From the NCBI RefSeq assembly GCF_964204865.1, contig NC_135261.1, positions 9,796,001 to 9,860,000 of the forward strand: a DNA stretch of 64,000 bases. Reading direction: 5' to 3'. A program made the translations under genes and the position numbers. A model generated the notes under the pieces. The model was not told the DNA's origin. It did not search any database and saw only the letters and a program-made list of their open reading frames with translations. Positions 26,001 through 37,758 of the stretch are shown here, in pieces. Origin of the DNA: Styela clava (taxonomy: Eukaryota). The first letter of the stretch is position 1; each line of letters opens with the position of its first letter.

Positions 26001-27456
26001 GGTTCATATTAACAGCCGAACTAGTCGTATGCAATGGAATAGTATTGAATGAAGTTGGAAATTTCGTTAATATTTCACTGTGGTTCGTTCCAGCCCCAGT
26101 GTAAATTGCATTGCTCTGCAATTGTCTGTTATCACCCACACATGACATTGGAATTTCACAACACCTTAAACTTGGCTTAGATACACATGATGCAGGTACA
26201 CAGGAAGTCAAACCAGAATTCACCACACTACAAGAGCTCACAAACAAATTTTCAGATGTTAACGGTATTTGGGCCATGTCACACACAGATTCAACAACAG
26301 TCACACATGCACTCGGGACCATTTGTGGACGGCAAACCCCAAAATCAGAGGAGGAATAAGAAACTGACTCACCATGCTCTGCGGTGTTCACACGTTCACT
26401 TGGTCGACCCTCACAATGCACATCACAACTTCTAGAGACAGGTAATTGATTAGGTGTTGAAAATGGTGTACTTAAAGCTGGTATTATTGGACTGGTCACA
26501 TTTAATATTTTTGTTTGTTTCATAGAGGAATTTGATGGCTGCTGACTGATTTCGACACTAGCAGCAACAGGGGGCGTATTTATAAGAACGCCTCTTTCTG
26601 CTAAAGTTTCATTTAAATTAGTGTCCAGTTCCAATTGTTCACGTTGATTTTTGTCTTCAATTTCTTGTAGGTTCATCTGCTTCCTCTTGTTGAACTGCTC
26701 CATCTCGATGTTTCTTCGTTGTAGCATTTGTTGGCGACGATGTTGAAAAGCTTCCAGTTCGGCCTTTCTCTTACGCTCTTCAGCTTGCTGTTTTTGTAGA
26801 ATCTGTTGCCACTCATTGTCTAAATTTAAGTTTTCAACTTGATTGTTATTTTCCCAAATTTGTTTCTCACTTTCTAGGCGATTTTGCAATTGTTGTTTCT
26901 CCAATTCTGTGCGCCTTTGTTGATTCAGCTTTCTTGTTTCGAATATATTCTCAATTTGTGAATCACTCAAATTGGACATTCTTGTTGAGCATGAAGATCG
27001 CGACCGAATTGTACCACTGCGTGATGTTATCAAACTTCGCATTACTGATCTATGTTGCTGACTATTTATTTTTGAAGTCCTGCTTTTATTTGTCTTTATC
27101 TTCGACCTTGTTGTCATAGCATGCGCATTTGTTGATCCTTCTTTAGCAAGGCCAGATGCTACAGATGCTCCTTGGTTGTTCTTTTCTGAACTTGGTTGGA
27201 CATCTGACTCTACATCAGGACTTCTTAGGAACAGATCTTTGATTGACGCACTATGACAATCTTTAGAAGTTGATTGACTTTCATTAGGCAAAACAGGAAT
27301 TATACCTTGTGTTGGAATAGTCAGCAAAGCAATTACATTATTTTCAGTTGCTTCAGAAAATCCAGTAATCGACATATTTTCTAACATATCATTGTCTCTG
27401 TTCACTAGTTCATCAGCGGCAGCTGGTTCATTGATGTTGTCATTTGATTCGGCCAT
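23044..27456 (-). CDS. BEL/Pao Gag-protease-reverse transcriptase polyprotein, truncated before RNase H
   Basis: Three Gag Cys/His knuckles (CVKCDGDHYLNQC, CFSCLLSGHWVREC, CKNANCRRKHTTLLH), protease AFFDNGST, RT motifs LRVVFDCS, LLQGPDL, GDIRSMF and FYVDD. Ends just after WLKWISELSKL. Confidence 0.93.
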   Translation of the reverse strand: MAESNDNINEPAAADELVNRDNDMLENMSITGFSEATENNVIALLTIPTQGIIPVLPNESQSTSKDCHSASIKDLFLRSPDVESDVQPSSEKNNQGASVASGLAKEGSTNAHAMTTRSKIKTNKSRTSKINSQQHRSVMRSLITSRSGTIRSRSSCSTRMSNLSDSQIENIFETRKLNQQRRTELEKQQLQNRLESEKQIWENNNQVENLNLDNEWQQILQKQQAEERKRKAELEAFQHRRQQMLQRRNIEMEQFNKRKQMNLQEIEDKNQREQLELDTNLNETLAERGVLINTPPVAASVEISQQPSNSSMKQTKILNVTSPIIPALSTPFSTPNQLPVSRSCDVHCEGRPSERVNTAEHGESVSYSSSDFGVCRPQMVPSACVTVVESVCDMAQIPLTSENLFVSSCSVVNSGLTSCVPASCVSKPSLRCCEIPMSCVGDNRQLQSNAIYTGAGTNHSEILTKFPTSFNTIPLHTTSSAVNMNPTLPTLIDNPGRIENAEAMHSVNIGSIRKPIVGSQPSNANAQNDNISNQQAANPQVIYVPQTLGLPPSEPPVFCGNAGEYRDFIDIFETVIGSRLQNPKHKLVYLLQYTKGPARALVKGCQHRTDSYDEAIRLLEETYGQKFQIGESCINSIANGPRLNLSNKESLTVYSAEIMSCKNTLIGVEYKNVALMTIEKIALRMPPEWRSGWLSKMDNVLQIKKKDLTIEDLADYVRKKTREVCNVPSIEFNTSKQIISTRGSRPYKSSFATTVHNNRPVRRCVKCDGDHYLNQCDEFRGMTYDKRLEFVKKQKLCFSCLLSGHWVRECKRNNPCKNANCRRKHTTLLHPPDKEPIKVPTSSSHESTTQTHNDYRTQMSETKFNAFLNASDEQKVLLNVVPVKVRIAGRRNAVITNAFFDNGSTCSFISNSLMNKLKVNGPVTNLNIRTINNTVEHKQCTVIKNLELADFEESKYVRLNPLFSNDQIGVDQTDIPTQSDLDQFKEFNGIVLPKVECDVELLIGKDNLGLHKPLEVIYGPNNYFASKTIAGWMVNCPAKNGNTKNSTYFTKSQLNPLCQMCADVVDSAINEKDEVSPIQQVFLDKVSKSIKLRTDGHYEIGLPLKNPDVKLHSNKYQVLQRAESLKRRLHKEPEFYAEYKDFVANMITMGYAEEVLNTNEEEGRTWYLSHHGVRHPEKKTLRVVFDCSAKSEGISFNDILLQGPDLTNNLVGVLSRFRKNIVAVQGDIRSMFHQVKVKECDRNFLRFFWWENGDITLPMKIYRMSVFLFGTVCSPSCCNFALKQTAIDNKNDFEQSVIDAINDSFYVDDFCDSKPDAASALQHIKSVTEIAAKGGFEVTKWVSNDREVLASIPEAHRSKEAKRLDISIDELPVERALGMIWNANEDTISFSTKYTERPATRRGMLGVVNSIFDPLGIGQPVIQPMKVLMQGLCRKKLGWDDSIPPECEQEWLKWISELSKLEDSFQEEDK

Positions 27457-29371
27457 ATTTTCAAAAACTTTGTTGCAGTATTGCAAATGTCAAAAAACTA
27501 ATGTAGACGCCAAATTTGGAGTGCCTTTAGCGCCCACACCAGGTGTATTTCTTAGATGGTCGATCTGTTTTAGTAAACTGATTTTGTCACTCCAATGCAA
27601 AAAGACGCGTACAACAGTACAAGTTGATGTCGTTTATTGTCAGGAAAGTACAGGTGTATGAAGATACGTCGGTACGATGTTATAGGTATGATAATACAAC
27701 AGTACGTGATTACGACAATACGTGGATACGAGAGTACGTCAGTACGAGAGTACATCAATACGTGTACGGGAAGTACGGCAGTACGGTTTTCTAAATAAAA
27801 CAAACAATAATTACAACAAATAATGTGCCGGCAAGAAATAACTCGACAATTGAAATCATTAACTAAACAAAATTGTACACATTAGAACTGAACTTAACAT
27901 ACGCAGGTTTACGCCAGTATAATAACAGTTGCGGCTGATTACAAAAGTGGTCATTATAGAACACGGTACAACCGAAATATTCCTTAAATATAAAAACAAT
28001 AAACTGAAATACGTACTTGACAGTGTAGCTTTCAGCTTACAAAACAATCGACAGTTGATTGGGACAGTTATTGAAATTAAGTTAATGTTATTAAATCTAA
28101 ATATACGAAAATACAATTAAAACCTTGGAACTACAAATCTCCAGACAACGAAAACCTTGCACCACAAATCCCACAGTCCTGAGAAGGTCGAATCAAGGTA
28201 CTGAAGCAGCGCGCGCAGCAAACGCGCACGGGGTATTATGATGTCACAATCACTAAAATCTGTGAACGTATGTACCACCAGCGCCTCCAGTGGTAAACAA
28301 CAAAAAATATAATGAAGCGAAAGAGGCAGTTTCAGGTGGTATTGTATAATATTTTATGCGGATAGGAATAATGAGTCAAAGAGGTTTCAAGGTAGGAAAT
28401 ATTAGCGTCACTTTATTTTTGGAAAATTTTGATAGTTGTACCAGCTACCAGTATACCTTCACCAATTTGGAACCGAGATTCAAAGAATTAGGTGTAATTC
28501 ATGGATCTGACGACAGATAAATAACTTTGTTAGTAGACACGCAATGGGCCTTTGATACATTTTGCTAGATTGCTGTGGTCCTGTGGTATTGTTGTACAGA
28601 AAAATCATTTTTTCGCATCAATTAATATACTGTGTTTCGAATTTTTAGTGCGTGGTTGAGTTTGCTAAAAGGCTTTTACTTTTTTTTTATTAATATTTTG
28701 TCCGTTATTTGTCGATTATGTTAGCAAATTCGACGCAAAGCTAGAAAACTAAGGTCTTGAGGTGCCGGTATACCCATGCGCAACATTCGTAACCACATAA
28801 TTGAGCATCGTTCGTGTATTTGGTTTCATACTGCATTTGAAGTTCTGTTTGCATATCAAATATATTTTTTAAAACTACCGGGCCCCAGCCATTTTTAAGT
28901 TTTGTTCACGGATTTTTGATAAAGAAAATAGTCGAGAAGCCCTGTACACTGCAACATTGCACCACAATTTCACTTTGTCAAAAGTTGCAGATTTAAAATA
29001 TATTTAAAAATGAACTTTTAATTAACCAAATCCTGTAATATTCCGAAAAATCTTGTTGCTGATGAGTATATATATATATATCTTTCAGTCTCTTGGGTAG
29101 CAATTGATCATGTTTCTGCAAAATAATGATAAAAATAGCGGAATCAGATTTTAATCAAATGGATATATATATAACTCACTACACAACTTTAGGCCATCAG
29201 CAGTATTTTCATGCCCAAACGGACGATATATTCACCGGGTGTTTTGGGTTAATTCTTAACCATTGTCAGCCTTGCCTTACCAAATTTATTATTACTGTGT
29301 ATGGAAAACACGACTGTGAAAACTACAGCTTACCTTTTTGTGTTATTAAACTGAGTATTTCGAAATGTATG

Positions 29372-31562
29372 CTACATTTTCAATTTGGCGAAGTCAGCTA
29401 TTGCTGGTGAAGAAGCACATTGGGTTGCAGCCAGAGTTTCAGTCACATTGAGGTCAATCAAGGCTCGGCGAACATTCAGAAATTCCTCTGCCGTTGGATC
29501 GGGATTCGTTGTGAATACAAGAACTATTTGTTTTTCTGCATAATAAAAAACTCAATTGTCAATAACTATACGGCATCTAATAGCACAAATTTCTTAAATG
29601 AATTGTAGTATTTTTAAAATGCCTTCATTTTTATAAAAACGTTGTAATGCATATTAAATTGGTTTGATTTGTGTAAACATAATTGATGGTAAAATTCACA
29701 AACCTCCCGTATGTTTATTGCAAGAGATGTCGATTAAATAGGTAGAATAATCCGTTGCCATTACGTCTACTGCTATTTGCATCTCCATTTCTTCGACTGA
29801 AATTAAGTACACTCGTCCGTTTTTAATTTGATAAAAAGTCAAAAATTTAGTACAACAGTTCAGCAGGCATATTACTAAATATAGGTATATATAGCTTATT
29901 CGCTATTGCAATTTTTTTCCAAACAAGGATGCAAAGGCAAGCACTAAATGCCTTATAGTACAGGCGGTGATGTGGAAGTGTAGCTGCGCCATAATAGGCT
30001 ACATGCCAGAAAACAACATTTAACTTGAGACAATTCGATTACGAACTGTAAGTGAAACAGATTGGTGCGGAAGAATGCTGAAGCAGAAGTTTTTTGGAAC
30101 AGTCTTCTAACATTCAAACAATTGTTGCAACAACTTGAAGCGTTCTGGAAAGAGAAGGCAGCCGTTTTAAAAGACCATTACCGTAGGATCATAATGAATG
30201 ACTTACTATCGGTACGTTCTTTGTTGTACGACCTAGTAGAGGATACCTTTGATCCTGCGTCCACAATGCTATTGTTTGCTGTGCAAAGAATAAATTTAAA
30301 TATTATTGTCTGTATACTGACAATAACTACGCCGCAATTTTTCATATGAGTATACATATTGTAAAACAAAAATTCGGTTTTGAACAAGATTATAAAAAAA
30401 TTGATTGAAGTTAATTTTATATAGGTATGTCTTACCCGAGGTCCAATAATAAAGGCCTGGTCCTTGACCGGCATGCTTGAATGAAAGTTCGTACTTTTCT
30501 GGAGTATTACTAAATGAACACAATGTTGTTGAATGGGCGTAGTTATAACAACTGTATGAAACAATGTTGTACATATCTACAATTGTTTGTTTAATTTTGT
30601 CTCGGTTTGCTTTTTTTGTGGATGAGGATCATTAAAATAACTCACTCACAATAACTAGATTTAAAGTAGGCGTTTCATCTTTCTGTTTAGTGCCTGAATG
30701 ATCCAGGTTCTATACATTGTTTCATCGGGCATATCTAATAACAATTGTGAAACCTAATATAGGACTGTGGACCTGCAAACATTTCCCTATCCAGACTCAC
30801 AGATACGATCATTTAGAAAATCCTATCCCAAATTTTGCCCGCAAATTGACATAAAAGTAGAGTTCCGGTCCACATCTCCGAATTTAAAATAGACTATTTC
30901 ATTCCGACTTTAGCTGCCCCGTACTAAATAACATTTCCACGAAATCACCGTTGTCCGGTTTTCTTTACTATGATAGTTTTTTTGATTGTCCAATATTCAA
31001 GGTTAATTGATTATCCTGGGCTACTTTAGAAAGTATAATCGTGTGGCTAAATAGTGTGAAAGCATATATATATATATATATATAAGAGTTCACTAAAAAT
31101 CAGAATTTATAGATCTTACCCATTATAGTAATAATCTTTTCCATGAAAGACAGCGTAACTTTCGGGTCCTTCGTCAACAATTTTGTAAAGATAAGAAGCT
31201 TGACACGAAACGACTTCAGAAAATATGGGATTCGGAGAGTAATATGACAGATACCAGAAGGTAGGAACCTTAAGTACACAACAAACAAAATAAAGTCATA
31301 ACGCATTGAAGAAAGCTTGTTCCAACAGATATTAAAAAAAACATTTTTCGATACGCTGGAATAGATGGAAACGGTTCGCTGATATATTTGGCAAAATATA
31401 TTGTACGAAATTGGCCCATGTTAAATGCAAAAGGGAACACACCTTTTTCCAATCTATATCTGCTCTCGGAGTCATGCCACATTTTTCATCGTCAACAGAT
31501 GCATAGCAATCAGTGAATAGCCATAAGGAGAAAAGACAAAATAGTAATTTTGTAAGTTCCAT
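29372..31562 (-). CDS. Secreted lipocalin (ApoD-like, outlier) copy B; exons 31562-31443, 31268-31120, 30509-30436, 30278-30207, 29796-29704, 29535-29372; 223 aa
   Basis: 672 nt in frame. Signal peptide; SCR1-like DIDWKKVPTFWY; SCR2 ATDYSTYLIDISC; SCR3-like IVLVFTTNPDP followed by a helix and TQC; four mature-protein Cys in ApoD-like spacing; intron phases 0,2,1,1,1. Confidence 0.8.
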
Positions 31563-33646
31563 CCTGATTTTAGAAGTCGGTCACAACTGATGCGTTCGAC
31601 TGTGTTCCTGTGCACAGAGTGATTTGATTTATTGAAAATTCTCTCGGGCGTTAATGTTTGCATACTGTATCGATATAAAATCAATATTAGATAAAAACAA
31701 ACTTCTTTCAAAACGAAAACTTCAAGATACGTGACAAATGCGTCAAATAAGCGAAGATATTTAAGATCAATTATTTTCATAAAATAAGAAATTCAGTAGA
31801 CCTTCAAATTGTTTTCAAAATAAACCGTGACATTACATTATTAAGGCCACTGCAAAATATAACTTGATATCTGAATCACTGTTTCATTATGTTTATAATA
31901 TTATATTTTCAAAAGCAATCAAGGCGATCAATGGACCGGCGTTTGCCCATTTTAGGAATCAAATTGTTTTTAATCTTCAAGTCGGAATATTTATTTAAAC
32001 ATTGTACAAACTCCAGAAAAGACAGCGTTGATTTTTTTTTGGAGTGAGTCATTTTTCTGAGCTGTTCGATAATGGAAGTCAGATGGAAATTACGGACTTT
32101 CATACGAACCATCGGAGCGTGACGGGTGCTGCCAGACACTGTTTTTACCTCACTCTTGGGGGACGCGGCGGTTTCGCTTTTCATTCGCGAGTTTGAGCTG
32201 TTGCTTGGTTGAGGGCCAATGTTGCACCTGGAGTGTACTGGATCAGGTGGAACTCGTAATATCTTTTTCGAAGGTATAAAATACGGTACCGTACTATATA
32301 TACTATGCTGACTATATTAGATAGGATGTCCGGCTACCAGTACTGCAGTACCTGGCAGCACTGAAGTCCGGTACCTTCCATACAGTTCTTCAAGTTGTGT
32401 CAATGCCACTGCTTACTACCGCGTTTCCCCGAAAATAAAACCTTGTCCGAATTATGAAAATTATTGTAATATAAATCCTTTAAAATGATAGTCCATACCT
32501 AAATTAGAAGAAATTGTAACTTGATGGCAAATTTGTGGAGCGAAATCACAGGCTGAAAGACGTCTGTTTGGTGTTGCTGACTTGACTACATAAGGTGAAT
32601 ATAAGTTGTAATCGGAAACCTTTAAAATATAGCATTGGGCCTAAATACTCCAATCATGAAAAAACAAAACATGTTGATTCTAAACAATCATAGCCTATAT
32701 TATAGTATATATTTCGATACAAGGTGAAATGACACAAAGTTTCAAACACCGATATGACATTACTGTTTAACATATATAATGTTCGTTGCCTTTTTGATTT
32801 TATATACTAGAATCTGAACCTATATATTATTTACATTAAAAACATGAACTATGACAATAGACAATACGTTTGTTTCGTCGTGCCAGAAATCACAACACAA
32901 GTTCACAACAGATAAAAAATTATGCATTACAGTAACAGATTTCATTGCAATTGACAGGAAATCGAGAAGGACCAGAAATGGTCATCATAAGTCAGCGACA
33001 CCTAGATTTAAGACGAGTCAAAAGTAAAAATTGCAATTAAAGAAAGCAATGGATACAAAGAGAAACTTAGTCATTCAAAAAATTACCAACAAAACAGGGA
33101 GTGATATAAATATTCATATACGGTAGCATTTGGGAGAGAGAAAAAAAACATAAGGCGGGAAAATTCAGTGATTAATTTTTTTTTATCTTCGTTCATTTCG
33201 TCATGCAGGAAATAATACACAAATTCAAGGCACAGCCTATACAATACAGAAACGGATTTAGTCGCAGTTTAAAAACAGAGCAATTTAAGTGATAGAGCTT
33301 ACTTAAAAGGATGGAATGGTCAATGGTGTCGAAAGCTTTTGAAATATCAAGAAATATTCCAATTGCATGTTGTTTGCCTTCAAAGGCCTTGGTCAGTTTA
33401 TGTACCAAAACATTAGCAGCCATAGCAGTGGAGTGATGCTTGCGGAAACCAAATTGATGAGAGTGGAAAACATTGTTAGTTTCAAAGAAGTTAGACATGC
33501 TACTATACATTATTGTTTCAAGAATCTCAGAAAATGATGGTAAAAGACTAATAGGTCTATAATTTCCAAGATCTGAAACACTACCCTTTTTAAATAGAGG
33601 AAGAACTTTAGATGCCTTGAAGCTTTCAATGAATAATCCACTAGAT

Positions 33647-34190
33647 CAGGGGTCGGGAACCCATGGCTCGCGAGCCATATATGGCTCTTCTGGTGACGGC
33701 ATATGGCTCTCAGAAAAATCTAATATCCCAAGACTAAGCTTACTATTGTTACGGGATTTCAAACTCTTTTATAGCCAAATTTGGCAGGAAATTCCCAATA
33801 CGTTTGAGAACGCGCGTCTAGCACACGTCTATGTTATGTAAGATAATTACCAGACAGGCATTGTGACAAAAAAGGGGATTCTGGAACATATATTGTGACA
33901 TCACAGAGCGATAGAGTTTCAAAAACACTACGGAGATGCCTAAACGAAAAAGGGTGATGAGTATCGTAGATTTCAACTTGGGCTGCATGTGAGCAACCGT
34001 TCAAGGCCCGCAGCGACTACATGCAGCATCAGAAATCACATTAAATGTATATTGACATTGTATGTGTTGACTTTTGAGTGAACATTTCAGGCCTGATTAA
34101 GTGAAGAAATGTTATATGGCTCGCACGGAAATGCAATTGAAAATATGTATATTTTATGGCTCTCTTGACCAAAAAGGTTCCCGACCCCTG
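33647..34190. mobile_element. hAT-type MITE nested in the LINE
   Basis: TIRs CAGGGGTCGGGAACC...GGTTCCCGACCCCTG and a perfect 8-bp TSD CACTAGAT (33639-33646 and 34191-34198). Confidence 0.93.
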
Positions 34191-34321
34191 CACTAGATAG
34201 TGAAAGATTAAATATATATGTCAGGATATCAATGATATGTTCTGGAACATGTTTCAATACTTTAAAAGGAATACCATCGATTCCAAAACTTGACTTGGGC
34301 TTCATTTTGCGTATAATATTT

Positions 34322-34759
34322 TTTATTTCTAATGATGTAGTTGGCCGTAAAAACATGGATGAGGATTCTTGCTTCCCAAGATATGAAATGTGATTTTTGT
34401 CACAGCCAGCTGGTTGTGGCATACAGTCGAGCAGGCTTTGTGCCACTTGGGAAAAGTGTTCATTTAAATTTATTTCTAATGATGTAGTTGGCCGTAAAAA
34501 CATGGATGAGGATTCTTGCTTCCCAAGATATGAAATGTGATTTTTGTCACAGCCAGCTGGTTGTGGCATACAGTCGAGCAGGCTTTGTGCCACTTGGGAA
34601 AAGTGTTCATTTAAATTTATTTCTAATGATGTAGTTGGCCGTAAAAACATGGATGAGGATTCTTGCTTCCCAAGATATGAAATGTGATTTTTGTCACAGC
34701 CAGCTGGTTGTGGCATACAGTCGAGCAGGCTTTGCGCCACTTGGGAAAAGTGTTCATTT
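34322..34759. repeat. Tandem repeat, 3 x 147 bp (49 codons), inside the LINE ORF
   Basis: TATTTCTAATGATG recurs at 34324, 34471 and 34618. The ORF at 34087-34926 shows the 49-aa unit three times. Confidence 0.95.
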
Positions 34760-37515
34760 ATGTTATTTGCAATTTGTGTATTACTGCAATTGAGTCCAAT
34801 CAAAGGACAAGAACCTGTTTTATTTTTACCAATAAGTTCATTAATTGTTTTCCACACTGCCTTGATGTTGCCTTTGTTAGAGGCAAATTTAGATTTGTAA
34901 TAATTTGATTTCATTTTGTAGAGCAATCGAGTATAAAGGTTCCTGCATTCATCGAACTGTAATTTGTGCTTGTCATTTATGTTTTTATTGTATATTAATT
35001 TCTTATAAAGTTGTTGAGTTTGCGTAACTCAGTATCATACCAAGGTTTGTTTGATCTGTTTGTTTGTTTTTTGTAAGGAAAAGATTGAGAGTAAGCAGTA
35101 GAGAATTGTTCAAAAAAAATTTCAAAGCAAGTGTTGGGAATTGGGATCCTGGATGCTGCTGAAGTCATCAATATCAATAGAATTCAGTTCGTTCATAAAT
35201 GTATTCAAGTTGGACGAAGTAAACTGGCGGTAAAGCGTTTCAATTCTGTTCTGAATTTGCTTTTCTAGAAGAGAGCATTGTACAATTGGCAGATGATCAG
35301 AAACACATTCTGCTAAAACAGCACTATTAACTTTTTTATCATATACGTTTGTCCAAATGTGGTCTATACAGGTAGCAGAACTTGAAGTTATCCTGGTTGG
35401 TCCTGGTCACTAGAGCAAATATACTGATTTGAGCTGTTGTACATGAAAACACTGTTTATGTTGTTGAATTCATCATTGTCAGTATTGGCTGACTCAAGAA
35501 ACATTTGGTTTAGGTATTCAGGATCAAGAATTTTAGTAAGTGCCTGGGCTTCAGCTTTTTTTGAATGAAGGGAAGTACATAATTCTAATAAAATAATCCT
35601 CAAATGCATAACAGATATACAAGCTAGCCTGTATTCAATCTATAAATGAGAAAAAGACTGTTGAAAAAACGCTAACACACAGCGATATATTTAAACAAGT
35701 CAAAGCAACGCACAAGTATAAACCTGACGAAACGTGCTACGCAACGACTGTCCCCCTAAACAGCACAAAAAACGGAGCTGGCAGCATCGGTCAAAGGTCA
35801 TGAAAGTTGGTAATTGTCTTCATATCCATGATTATGTGTGTTTTATTTCATTGAATATGTCCGAAGAAATGTCAAAATTAATGTTTTCACGAGCATCAGC
35901 TTCTATTCTTATTCCAGTAACACTGGATAATCAGCAAAATATTAGAGCTGACGTTGCCATTCAATAACAATTCTTTCACTCAAATAGATCAGATTTTCGG
36001 GCATGGTTGCAAATATTCGCTCGTTTTCTGGTTTTGCTAGTCATTTGTAACGTGATTCTATCGATAGGTTACGGATACTACCTCATAAAAAATAGTCATA
36101 ACCAAACATGGCAAACCATTGAATAAGAAACAAGACCCCAAATAGGAGAGAGGGGGGTGGACATAGATTGGCCACACCACACCAAAATATATATATAACA
36201 CCACATCGCACACGCTTGCCATCATGATTCATTTACCATTGTTCATGTTGCCCGTGCTTTTTTACTTCTTTGATACTTTACAAACAAAATAGGAAGGAGC
36301 CTTGATGATAAGATCAATGATGCATATTCGTTAATATATATATAATATTCCAAGAAACAGGAAAGAAGAAAATAGAACATGTTTGCGCCTGTTGCATTTT
36401 AAGATGATGTGTGTACTCAACTTTTAATAATACTGAATTCCTGCGTGAAAATACCGATACCGAAATTTTCAATATTGTCTCAGCATCCCAACTCTCGACT
36501 TAAGCTTTATGAACATCGTTTGACCTCCAACGTCGCGACTTTTAACTGGCTATTCATAGGCGGAAGACAGAATTCATTGGAGCATGAAAACGGTTTTTTA
36601 GGCTTACAAAATGCAGAAATGTGGATGGGATTTTCAAGTTTATCTCAGTAACTTCAGTAAAGGAAGTTACTAGAGTTATAATGCGGGCGAATTATATGTA
36701 CCGGTACTGGTATACCATTATTTATATTCGTTTCAATACCTGTTATTGTAGTGTCGTATTGCTCCTGACAGTACATCAGTACAGCAGTATGTGCAGATTG
36801 ATGATTTCCCCACATTTTGGCATTCCTACATTCTGACATTTGGAGAAGATATTACAGCACTGTCGCCATACGGTACCGTATTTAAAGACATCAATAATAC
36901 TGTAATAACAGTGAATGGAAACTTCTCTTTTACGAGAGTTTAGTTCCATTAGGTAAGCATTCAGCAAAATACAGAAATAACGTCGACGGGCGGCGGGAGG
37001 TACGGTACCGGTAGGTTATTATTATCTTGACAAACATGGTGTGTTCTTAGGCATCTACGATCGTGTCAGATACCCTCGTTTCTGCAACTAGGCTATTGGT
37101 TTATGTTTCATTGGTCCATATATTGGGACGTCTGGGAATTGTACCACACTAAAAAAATTAAGTCATGAATAAGACATCAAACTTTGGGGTCTCGTGTAGT
37201 TTCGTACCGTACCTGACGTACTTGTACGTTGTAGGCGAAGGCGAAGCGTAACAATTTTTTGATATGTCAATCCTAACCCCCATCTGATTACGCCATTCAA
37301 AAATTAAATCATTACGACATCACAATCACAGAGCTTGCCAAATATACGCACAATCGACCGAAATGGCATTGGTGGCGACGATAAAGAACTGACTGACGTT
37401 ATTGGTCTCTCTCCTATTGGAATCGTTGCGACGAGCAATGAGAGAAATAACTGTTCGATTTTGGGTGCTCGTTTGCGCGTCTTGGATGGCAGTTTGTATA
37501 GTTTGAAAGGCTCTA

Positions 37516-37545
37516 TTACGTCACTGTGACGTCAAAATGACGTAA
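37516..37545. promoter_or_regulatory. Cluster of three CRE/ATF-like octamers
   Basis: TTACGTCA (37516), perfect TGACGTCA (37527) and TGACGTAA (37538), about 1.4 kb upstream of the ERp44 ATG. They may lie inside a degenerate palindromic element. Confidence 0.35.
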
Positions 37546-37758
37546 TTTTTGGATGGTGTAGTCAGGTGTGGGTTGGGATTGATACTTGAAAGAATTGTCA
37601 TGCTACGCCGACTAGAAGTAGGTATGTTAGGTAAGAAATTACATGAAACCCCACATTTCTGCATTTTGGCATTCTAAAATTAGGAGAAGATAGTACCATA
37701 CAGCACAGTCGCCATATTTAAAGACATCAATAATACTATAATAACAGTGAATAGAGAC

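Larger units (their letters stand above)
21353..28334 (-). mobile_element. BEL/Pao LTR retrotransposon, internally deleted
   Basis: Two 833-bp TG...CA LTRs (21353-22185 and 27502-28334), identical by eye; 5-bp TSD GGTGG (21348-21352 and 28335-28339); PPT AAGGGGCCGGGA next to the 3' LTR; domain order Gag-PR-RT-INT. Confidence 0.97.
33190..35600 (-). mobile_element. Degenerate, internally deleted LINE ORF2 (CR1/L2-group)
   Basis: Endonuclease tail TCIDHIWTN...SDHLPI (about 35280-35385), KPWY, KAVWKTINELIG, SFGIDGIP, and RT motifs HQFGFRKHHST and FLDISKAFDTIDH. Has frameshifts and is truncated. The subclade is uncertain. Confidence 0.85.

Noticed and set aside
21421-28120. Duplicated small ORFs (77, 85 and 63 aa) at 21421-21971 and 27570-28120
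   Set aside because: They lie inside the two LTRs and only reflect LTR identity.
31909-32280. GC-richer ORF (MKSETAASPKSE...) with a donor-like site upstream of lipocalin B
   Set aside because: I could not link it to other exons or any known domain.
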